Shown: positions 25,974 to 32,807, counted from the stretch's first letter. The stretch is DNA of 35,292 bases from an uncultured Bryobacterales bacterium (GCA_964649285.1 CAZYOX010000003.1:1-35292), one strand, 5' to 3'. A program made the numbers and translations. The notes: generated from the sequence alone by a model not told the origin.

Positions 25974-26786
25974 TTAGAGAACGTCCGCAAAGCCGCGCTT
26001 CGTTTGGCGGAAAAATAGCCCGCCCAGGATGCAAGAGACCACGCCGAAAGCTACCATCGATGCGGCGTCGCTCCAAGCCGGCAGACTCCCGCCCAAGATG
26101 GTGTCGCGATAGCTTCGCACAAAGTACGTCAGCGGATTCCACTGCACCAAGCCTGGGGCGAGATTCGACAATCTGCTCTCTTCGATAAAGATCGGCGTCA
26201 GCCAGAACCAGACCGTCAGTACGACCGTCAAAACCTGCGCCGTATCCCGCAGATAAACATGCAAGGCGGCGACGATCCACGACAGCCCAACACTAAGGAG
26301 AGCCAACGGCGCCAAATAAAACGGCAGCACCCACAGCGTGACGCTCAAGGTATGCGCCCAGATCCCGGTCGCCGCAATCGCCAGCGCCAGCGCCAGCGTA
26401 TGGCTAGCCAAACCGGACAGGAAAATGCTCAGCGGCAGGGCTTCGGAAGGAAAGACGCTTTTTTTCAGCAGGTTAGCGTTATCCACTAGGCAGCTCGCGG
26501 AGCGCTGCAAGGTCTCTGAAAACAGCATCCAGGGCAGCATCCCGCAGAAAAGATACAAGGGATAGTTGTCAGTGACCGCGTCGGGTTGCAGCTTGATGCC
26601 GAACGCGTACTGAAAGACGAATGTATACACGGCCAGCAGCGTTAGCGGATGGATGATGCCCCACAGCCAACCGGCGATCGATCCCACATAGCGTTGGTCA
26701 AAATCACGCCGAACCAGCTGGTAGATGAGGCTGCGGCCCGCGACCAGATTATGCAGGAAAAGCCTGCCGGGAATTCTGCGAGCCAT
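25974..26786 (-). CDS. wzm: ABC-2-type polysaccharide exporter permease
   Basis: LIYQLVRRDFDQRYVGSIAGWLWGIIHPL (ABC-2 N-terminal signature). Six hydrophobic segments. Sits immediately upstream of wzt. Confidence 0.8.
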   Translation of the reverse strand: MARRIPGRLFLHNLVAGRSLIYQLVRRDFDQRYVGSIAGWLWGIIHPLTLLAVYTFVFQYAFGIKLQPDAVTDNYPLYLFCGMLPWMLFSETLQRSASCLVDNANLLKKSVFPSEALPLSIFLSGLASHTLALALAIAATGIWAHTLSVTLWVLPFYLAPLALLSVGLSWIVAALHVYLRDTAQVLTVVLTVWFWLTPIFIEESRLSNLAPGLVQWNPLTYFVRSYRDTILGGSLPAWSDAASMVAFGVVSCILGGLFFRQTKRGFADVL

Positions 26787-26792
26787 CAGGCG

Positions 26793-26822
26793 AGCCTAGC
26801 GACGGAGCTCAAGCGGCGTCAA
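26793..26822 (-). promoter_or_regulatory. Candidate promoter giving a leaderless wzm mRNA
   Basis: Read on the minus strand: TTGACG (26817..26822), an 18-nt spacer, TAGGCT (26793..26798), then 6 nt (CGCCTG) to ATG 26786. There is no SD. Confidence 0.35.
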
Positions 26823-26841
26823 GCAAATCATGTAGGTCGTT

Positions 26842-26878
26842 GAAAACAAAAGCGGCGAGGGGTGGGAGCCCTCGCCGC
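26842..26878 (-). terminator. Intrinsic terminator, functional orientation on the minus strand
   Basis: Perfect 10-bp GC-rich stem GCGGCGAGGG (26852..26861) / CCCTCGCCGC (26869..26878) with a 7-nt loop. On the minus strand it is followed by TTTTGTTTTC. On the plus strand no T-tract follows. Confidence 0.6.
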
Positions 26879-26940
26879 GCGTTCCTGTGGGTTCGCAAGG
26901 AGAAGCAGATGGCAGAGGGAACAGTGGAGGTTCCCGCTAC
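26842..26940 (-). ncRNA. Candidate small RNA with CU-rich (anti-Shine-Dalgarno-like) motifs; 5' end undefined
   Basis: The minus strand reads GGGAAC-CUCCACU-GUUCCC (hairpin 26917..26935), then UCUGCCAUCUGCUUCUCCUUGCG, then the terminator hairpin with loop CUCCCAC and a U-tract. No annotated minus-strand gene lies upstream for this terminator to serve. No convincing promoter was found by eye. Confidence 0.3.
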
Positions 26941-27137
26941 TAGGTAAGACGGCTGACCCAAGGTTTTTTTCGGCCCCAGTACGAAAAAAATTGTTCCGGG
27001 GCTCGTACTTCGACACGAAGTCATTCAAAATAGGAATGTTAGCAATTTCTTAAAAGTCTCGTCGGCTCCCGCATCATGGCCGTCAGACTTTTCGGACGCC
27101 CCAAGCGTCTTGTTGTGCTGAACGGCGGAGACAAAGA

Positions 27138-27686
27138 TTGATCTTCCGCGAAGTCGAAGATAGGGATCTCATCCTGAAAGCTCGCCGCGGCGACGTCGAC
27201 GCGTACAACGTGTTGGTGTCTCGCTGGGAACGGCGCGTCTTCAGTTTCATTGTGCGATCTATCGGCGACCGCGAGGAAGCTCTTGATCTGAGTCAGGACA
27301 CGTTCTTGAAGGTCTATCGCGGACTGCGAAGCCTTCAGGAGGTAGAACGTTTTCCTCAATGGTTGTTCCGCATTGCGCACAACGAGACGATTTCCTGGCG
27401 ACGCAAGAAGCGTCCAGAGCCCAGCGAAGACGCCGAACTCGAACGTGCCGCGATGCCCGCAACCCGGCGGGAGAACGCCGCGGAACTGACGGCGGCCGTG
27501 AAGCAGGCCTTGGGAACCTTGCCCGAAGAACAGCGTCAAGCGGTTCTTCTGAAGGTCTACCAAGGCTTTAAGTTTCACGAGATCGCCGAGATTACGGGAG
27601 CTCCGGTTTCCACCGTCAAGTCCCGTGTCTACAGCGGATTCGAAGCGTTGAAGGCGCAGCTGGCTCCCGCAAGGAGCAGCGCCTAG
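27138..27686 (+). CDS. ECF-subfamily RNA polymerase sigma-70 factor
   Basis: Region 2: DLSQDTFLKVYRGL...FPQWLFRIAHNE. Region 4: LPEEQRQAVLLKVYQGFKFHEIAEITGAPVSTVKSRVYSG. TTG start per the track. Confidence 0.85.
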   Translation: MIFREVEDRDLILKARRGDVDAYNVLVSRWERRVFSFIVRSIGDREEALDLSQDTFLKVYRGLRSLQEVERFPQWLFRIAHNETISWRRKKRPEPSEDAELERAAMPATRRENAAELTAAVKQALGTLPEEQRQAVLLKVYQGFKFHEIAEITGAPVSTVKSRVYSGFEALKAQLAPARSSA

Positions 27687-27698
27687 GGAGAAAGGGCG

Positions 27699-28337
27699 AT
27701 GAACGGGGCTCCACACGATCTACGAGACTACTTATTTAACGAGTTAAGCAGCGCGGAAAAGGCCGAAGTCGACGCCTGGCTGGCGACTTCCGCGGCGGGC
27801 CGCGACGAACTCAACAGGCTGCGCCTCACGAACCAGGCCTTGATGAGTCTGCCTGAGGAGGAGATTCCGCAGCGAATTGCCTTTGTCTCCGACAAGGTCT
27901 TCGAGCCCTCGCCCTGGGCGCGTCTGTCCAGTTGGCTGCAGCTCGAAGGTCCGCGATTCGCCTTTGGCATGACGGCCGTTCTGGCGGTCCTCTTTGTCGG
28001 GATCTGGGCAACGGAACCCTCCTTGCGCTACGACGATCAGGGTTTCGAGCTGGCGTTCGGCGCGGAAGCTCCCACCAACCCCGCGCCGGCGCCTGCCCCG
28101 ACTGAGGCTCTCTCCGCTGAGCAAGTGCGAGAGGTCGCGCTCGCTGTGCTTGCCGAGACATCCGAAAGCCGCAAAGCCGAACTGACGGCGTTGGTCGATC
28201 AACGGGCGGCGCAATCCGAACAGCGCTTCGCTCAGCAAGTTGCCGCCGTCAGCGAAGATGCCGAGATGGGCTACCGCATGCTCCGCAGCGAGCTCGAGAA
28301 AATGTACAACGGATCGCTGGCGATGGCGACGAGGTAA
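27699..28337 (+). CDS. Probable anti-sigma factor (single-pass membrane protein)
   Basis: Sits immediately downstream of the ECF sigma gene. N-terminal helical anti-sigma-like segment LRDYLFNELSSAEKAEVDAWLATSAAGRDEL. One TM helix FAFGMTAVLAVLFVGIWA. GGGAGAAAGGG RBS. Confidence 0.6.
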   Translation: MNGAPHDLRDYLFNELSSAEKAEVDAWLATSAAGRDELNRLRLTNQALMSLPEEEIPQRIAFVSDKVFEPSPWARLSSWLQLEGPRFAFGMTAVLAVLFVGIWATEPSLRYDDQGFELAFGAEAPTNPAPAPAPTEALSAEQVREVALAVLAETSESRKAELTALVDQRAAQSEQRFAQQVAAVSEDAEMGYRMLRSELEKMYNGSLAMATR

Positions 28338-28342
28338 ACGCC

Positions 28343-28897
28343 ATGCTCATTCGCGCCCTTCTGTTAAGTCTTGTCGCCGTTGCGTTCGCGAGCGCGGTGG
28401 AGGTCGAGCCATCGGCGGACAAGCTGCGCAGCCAGATCGCTGCGGCCGAGCAAGTCGTCGACCAGCGTTTTCAATCCGTCGAAGACGATGCGCCCATGAT
28501 GGTCGTGGGCAACGCTCGCGGGGCCTATATCGAGGGCTACGGCGTCGTCTTCAACGTGCAAGTCAACATCGCGCCCGTCGGCAACATCAGTCCATTCCGG
28601 CGCTCTTATTCGGAAGAAGAAATTCGCCAGATCAACATCCGCAAGCGCCAACGCATCGAGACGTTGGAGCAGCGTACGCGCGCTCTGTTGGTGGAGCTCT
28701 CCGACTCGATGGCCGGCTTGCCCGACAACGAAAAGATCGCCATAGCTGTCTCGCTATTCCACTTCGCCTGGGAAGACCTGACCGCATTGCCCAGGCAGAT
28801 GGTGATGGCCGCCGCCAAGAGCATCCTCGCTGAAGCGAAGAGCGGCTCCACGCCGTTGGCGGACCTTCGCTCGCAACTCAGCGTTCGCTACTTCTAG
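28343..28897 (+). CDS. Hypothetical secreted protein, third gene of the ECF module
   Basis: Signal peptide MLIRALLLSLVAVAFASA. No recognisable motif. 5-nt gap from the anti-sigma gene and 4 nt from gspE. Confidence 0.5.
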   Translation: MLIRALLLSLVAVAFASAVEVEPSADKLRSQIAAAEQVVDQRFQSVEDDAPMMVVGNARGAYIEGYGVVFNVQVNIAPVGNISPFRRSYSEEEIRQINIRKRQRIETLEQRTRALLVELSDSMAGLPDNEKIAIAVSLFHFAWEDLTALPRQMVMAAAKSILAEAKSGSTPLADLRSQLSVRYF

Positions 28898-28901
28898 GCC
28901 C

Positions 28902-30608
28902 ATGTCGACGACCGATCCAACCGCCGAAATTATTGCAGCCGCTCGTCCCTCGCACAGCGCAAGGCCGCGCCGCCTGGGCGAGATGCTCATCGCCAAGGGA
29001 TTGCTCGACGCCGATGATCTCGATAAGGCGCTCGAACTCCAAAAAGAACGCAACGACCGCATAGGACGCATCCTGGTCGACCTGGGGTTTGTCGCTCCGC
29101 GCGACGTACTCACCACGCTGGCCGAGCAGCTGAATATCGAGCTCTTGGGTCCTGACCGCTTCCCAGAAATTCCGATTGCCATCGAGCGGCTCACGGCGCG
29201 CTTCATGCGGCAGTTCCGTTTTCTTCCCGTCGCCAAAGACGAAAACCGCCTGTGGGTGGCAATGGCCGATCCGCTCGATTTCGAAACCATCGCCGTCATC
29301 CGGCGTTTTTCGGGCTGCGACATCGTCGCAGCCTTGGGCGCCGAGACGGAGATTCTCGACGCCATCGACCGGCTTTACGGCGAAGACGAAAAGGACGATG
29401 CCGGTCACGAGTTCGGCTCGGATGAAGCCGACGCAACCGAAATCGAGCATCTGCGCGACATGGCCAGCGAAGCGCCGGTCATTCGCTTCGTCAACGTGCT
29501 GGTCGCGCGCGCTCTTGAGATGCGCTCGTCTGACATTCACGTCGAGCCGTTCGAGAAGGAGTTTCGCATACGCTTCCGCGTGGACGGCGTGCTCCGCGAG
29601 CAGGAGTCGCCTCCGCGAGAGCTGCGTGCGGCGATCATCTCGCGCTTGAAACTCATGGCCCGGCTGAACATTGCCGAGCGCCGCCTGCCGCAAGACGGCC
29701 GCATCAAGATCAAGGTCATGGGACACGAAGTCGACCTCCGCGTTTCGACGCTGCCGACGCTCTACGGCGAATCAGTCGTGATGCGTTTGCTCGACCGTTC
29801 GGCCACCGATTTCTACGCGCTCGACAAGCTGGGCTTCGACGAGCACATGCTGCAGCGCATGGAGTATTACACCGGCCTGCCGCACGGCATTTTCTTGGTT
29901 ACAGGCCCAACCGGCAGCGGCAAATCGACCACGCTATACTCCGCGCTCAAGCTGATCAATACCGCCGAGAAGAAGATCATCACCATCGAAGATCCCGTCG
30001 AGTATCAGATGGACGGCATCAACCAGATCCATGTGAACGCGCAGATCGGTCTAACGTTCGCTGCGGGACTGCGGCACATCGTCCGCCAAGATCCCGACGT
30101 CATCATGGTCGGCGAGATTCGCGACCGCGAAACGGCCGACATCGCGATTCGTTCAGCGCTCACTGGCCACTTCGTCTATTCCACGCTGCACACCAACGAT
30201 GCGCCCAGCGCCGTCACGCGCCTGACGGACATGGGCGTTGAGAACTACCTGATTACTTCATCCGTCGTCGCCGTCCTCGCACAGCGCCTCGTACGCTCGA
30301 TCTGTCCCAAGTGCCGCATCGCTGCTGACGACATCGTCAATCCCGAAGGCCGCCGCATACGCACCTGGCGCGGCGCCGGCTGCGACCACTGCGGCGGCTC
30401 AGGCTACCGCGGCCGGCAAGGCATCTTCGAGTTGATGGAGTTGAACGACGAGATCCGTAGCCTGGTGATGAAAGATTCCGACGCCAGCGTCCTTACGGAG
30501 GCGGCCCGCCGCCACGGCATGCGCAGCCTACGCGAAGACGGCTGGCTCAAAATCGAGAACGGCGTTACGACGGTCGAAGAAGTCATCCGCGTGACGCAGG
30601 AGTTTTAG
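28902..30608 (+). CDS. gspE: Type II secretion ATPase GspE (PilB/GspE family) with N-terminal MshEN-type domain
   Basis: Walker A GPTGSGKST. Asp box, Walker B and His box: DPDVIMVGEIRD, GHFVYSTLHTND. C-terminal tetracysteine CPKC...CDHCGGSGYRGR. N-terminal RLGEMLIAKGLLDADDLDKALELQ repeat. Confidence 0.9.
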   Translation: MSTTDPTAEIIAAARPSHSARPRRLGEMLIAKGLLDADDLDKALELQKERNDRIGRILVDLGFVAPRDVLTTLAEQLNIELLGPDRFPEIPIAIERLTARFMRQFRFLPVAKDENRLWVAMADPLDFETIAVIRRFSGCDIVAALGAETEILDAIDRLYGEDEKDDAGHEFGSDEADATEIEHLRDMASEAPVIRFVNVLVARALEMRSSDIHVEPFEKEFRIRFRVDGVLREQESPPRELRAAIISRLKLMARLNIAERRLPQDGRIKIKVMGHEVDLRVSTLPTLYGESVVMRLLDRSATDFYALDKLGFDEHMLQRMEYYTGLPHGIFLVTGPTGSGKSTTLYSALKLINTAEKKIITIEDPVEYQMDGINQIHVNAQIGLTFAAGLRHIVRQDPDVIMVGEIRDRETADIAIRSALTGHFVYSTLHTNDAPSAVTRLTDMGVENYLITSSVVAVLAQRLVRSICPKCRIAADDIVNPEGRRIRTWRGAGCDHCGGSGYRGRQGIFELMELNDEIRSLVMKDSDASVLTEAARRHGMRSLREDGWLKIENGVTTVEEVIRVTQEF

Positions 30609-30610
30609 AC

Positions 30611-31054
30611 CTGGGAGATGCGTTTACCAATCTGCTGATTCACGTCCTGTTTTCGACGAAGAATCGCGGCAAGGATCTGACGAAGGAAGTGAGGATCGAA
30701 TTGTATCCCTACCTAGCAAAGACAGCGAGCCAGAAGGGCGCCATCACGCTCGCGGTCGGCGGCGGTCTGGATCATGTGCATCTCCTGCTCGACTTGAAGC
30801 CGTCCGTTGCGGTATCCGATTTGGTTCGAGGGCTCAAGGCCACGTCTTCTAGCTGGGTGCGTGGAAGATTCAATAGGGGCTTCGCCTGGCAAGCGGGTTA
30901 TGCCGCTTTCAGCGTTAGTAAGTCGCAGCAAGCGCGCGTCGTGGCCTACATCGAGGGGCAGGAACAACATCACAAACGCATCGACTTCGAAAGCGAGTAC
31001 ATCTCTCTTCTCAAGAAGAACGAAATCAAGTTCGACAATGATCGTCTTTGGTAA
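30611..31054 (+). CDS. IS200/IS605-like Y1 (HUH) transposase homologue, possibly 5'-damaged or non-canonically initiated
   Basis: Hand translation of the frame upstream of track ORF 30689..31054 gives LGDAFTNLLIHVLFSTKNRGKDLTKEV, continuous with RIELYPYL...GGGLDHVHLLL (HUH) ...FAWQAGYAAFSVS...QEQHHKRIDFESEYISLLKK...DNDRLW. There is no ATG/GTG/TTG in this frame between the stop at 30458..30460 and GTG 30689. Only CTG is available (30611 and others). Confidence 0.65.
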   Translation: MGDAFTNLLIHVLFSTKNRGKDLTKEVRIELYPYLAKTASQKGAITLAVGGGLDHVHLLLDLKPSVAVSDLVRGLKATSSSWVRGRFNRGFAWQAGYAAFSVSKSQQARVVAYIEGQEQHHKRIDFESEYISLLKKNEIKFDNDRLW

Positions 31055-31059
31055 TTCTC

Positions 31060-31079
31060 CCCGGGGTTGTCACCCCGGG
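31060..31079. repeat. GC-rich hairpin immediately 3' of the transposase homologue
   Basis: CCCGGGG (31060..31066), loop TTGTCA, CCCCGGG (31073..31079). No T-tract follows. Could be a REP/IS-end-like structure or a weak terminator. Confidence 0.3.
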
Positions 31080-31126
31080 CTAACACTACGTCGCCTCTCC
31101 GAGGCTGCCAAAAAGGAAGGCGATAC

Positions 31127-31585
31127 ATGGTAACCGTCGATCGTAACCTCACTTTGACGCAGCTTGAACAAGACGACTGGGGTCGCGTGCGTTGGTGGCA
31201 ACCCGGCTACGGCGACACTATCATCGAACGGTGCCATGAGATTCGACGGGTACCGCTCAAGGATCTAGCGGACGGCGATATTCGACTGATGATAGGGCAA
31301 GCGATTAGCTTGCCGATTTTGGTTCCTCTCGCACTTGAACGGCTCAATATAGATCCGCTCTTGGAGGGAACGCACTATCCCGGCGACCTTTTCTCGTTTG
31401 TATGGGCGCTTGGCGCCGAGTTTTGGGCAACACATCCGAAGCTTTGGGAAGAGGCTCGGACAATAAGCGATCAATTCTGGTCCGAGGCCGCCCTGCGTCG
31501 CGAAGAAGTCGACGAGGACGACGAGAACGACTTTCGTAAGGAGTATGAGGCATTCCTCGCCAGCCGGCCGGGAGGTTCTGCCTAA
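31127..31585 (+). CDS. CdiI-like contact-dependent-inhibition immunity-family protein, orphan (no toxin gene adjacent)
   Basis: LTLTQLEQDDWG...IIERCHEIRRVPLKDLADGDIRLMIGQAISLPILVPLALERLNIDPLLEGTHYPGDLFSFV matches my recollection of the CdiI_2-type immunity family pattern (LE..W...C..LR..P...L...D.R.LIGQ...L..L.PLAL..L...PL.EG..YPGDL). AGGAAGG RBS before ATG 31127; the track start at 31067 is an extension. Confidence 0.55.
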   Translation: MVTVDRNLTLTQLEQDDWGRVRWWQPGYGDTIIERCHEIRRVPLKDLADGDIRLMIGQAISLPILVPLALERLNIDPLLEGTHYPGDLFSFVWALGAEFWATHPKLWEEARTISDQFWSEAALRREEVDEDDENDFRKEYEAFLASRPGGSA

Positions 31586-31588
31586 CCC

Positions 31589-32800
31589 ATGGCCATCTTC
31601 CACTACAAAGCCCTGGCCGCCGACGGACGCACCCGCCTCGGCACCCTAACCGTCGAAGACGACCGCGCCGCCGCGCGCGAACTGCGCAAGCAAGGTCTCA
31701 CGCCGATCTTCATCAGCTCCGAAAAACCTGGCGGCTTCTCGCTCTCCATCCCCGGCTTCGGACGTAAGGCCAAATCGGCCGACCTGCTGCACTTCACCGA
31801 AGAGATCGCCACTCTGCTTAACGCCGGCGTCACCCTCGATCGCTCGCTCGAAATAACCGCCGAGCTCACCGAGCGTCCGCAGTTCAAGGCCGTCGTCCAG
31901 AACCTGCAAAAGACGCTGCGCGGCGGCAAGAGCTTCGCCGATACGCTTGCCGCCGAACCTGCCGTCTTCAGCGAACTCTACGTTTCCATGGTTCGCGCCG
32001 GCGAAGTTTCCGGCTCGCTCTCCGTCGTCATGGATCGTCTCGCCGACTTCGAGCGCGAACGCGACGAACTGCGCGGCTACATCGTCAGCTCGTTGACCTA
32101 TCCAGCGCTGCTTGTCGTCGTCGGTTCGGCTTCGATCTTCATTCTGTTGCGCTACGTCATTCCCCGTTTTGCGGAAGCGTTTGCCGACTCCAACATCGCC
32201 ATGCCCTTGCCGATGGAGATTCTGCTGACCATCAGCAACGTCGTCCAGACCTACGGCTTCCCGTTCATCGGCTTGCTTATTGCCGCTGTGTTTGGCATCC
32301 GCAGTTGGACCAAGTCTGAAGAAGGCCGCTTGAAGTGGGACCGCTTCAAGCTGCGCATCCCCTTACTCGGTCAAGCGCTGCTCAAGGCAGATACAGCACG
32401 CTTCGCTCGCGCCATGGGCACGCTAGTCCAAAACTCCGTCCCGCTCGTCCAAGCGCTGTCCATTACCAAGGGCGTTATGTCGAATAGGCTCCTCGGCGGC
32501 GCTCTCGACTTCGTTGCCAAAGGCGTCAAACGGGGCGAAGGCATCGCTGCGCCCATGAAGAAGACGCAAATATTCCCCGCACTCGCCGGTCACTTGCTGA
32601 CCGTGGGCGAAGAAACAGGACGCCTCGATGAAATGTTCAATCGCATGGCGGACATCTACGAGAAAGACACCAAAGAAGCCGTCAAGCGCTTCACGGCGCT
32701 CTTCGAACCGGCCGTCATTCTCGTCATGGGCGTCATCGTCGGCGCCATGATCTTAAGCGTGATGCTCGCCATCACCAGCATCAATCAGTTAGGTATGTAA
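31589..32800 (+). CDS. gspF: Type II secretion inner-membrane platform protein GspF
   Basis: 403 aa. Duplicated T2SSF domains, three TM segments, typical N-terminus MAIFHYKALAADGR...G. Confidence 0.9.
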   Translation: MAIFHYKALAADGRTRLGTLTVEDDRAAARELRKQGLTPIFISSEKPGGFSLSIPGFGRKAKSADLLHFTEEIATLLNAGVTLDRSLEITAELTERPQFKAVVQNLQKTLRGGKSFADTLAAEPAVFSELYVSMVRAGEVSGSLSVVMDRLADFERERDELRGYIVSSLTYPALLVVVGSASIFILLRYVIPRFAEAFADSNIAMPLPMEILLTISNVVQTYGFPFIGLLIAAVFGIRSWTKSEEGRLKWDRFKLRIPLLGQALLKADTARFARAMGTLVQNSVPLVQALSITKGVMSNRLLGGALDFVAKGVKRGEGIAAPMKKTQIFPALAGHLLTVGEETGRLDEMFNRMADIYEKDTKEAVKRFTALFEPAVILVMGVIVGAMILSVMLAITSINQLGM

Positions 32801-32807
32801 GGTACCC

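Noticed and set aside
26880-26960. Possible tRNA or T-loop-like sequence (GGTTCGCAA) in the large intergenic region.
   Set aside because: No acceptor stem, D-arm or anticodon arm could be paired around it, so it is not a tRNA.
26809-27053. Small ORFs 26809..27024(-), 26828..27028(-) and 26862..27053(+) in the wzm/ECF intergenic region.
   Set aside because: They run straight through the terminator hairpin and homopolymer A/T tracts, have low-complexity translations, and lack an RBS. The region is better explained as regulatory or ncRNA sequence.
31296-31314. Hairpin GGCAAGC-GATTA-GCTTGCC inside the immunity-like ORF.
   Set aside because: It lies within coding sequence (MIGQAISLP), has a 7-bp stem and no T-tract. 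It is most likely incidental.
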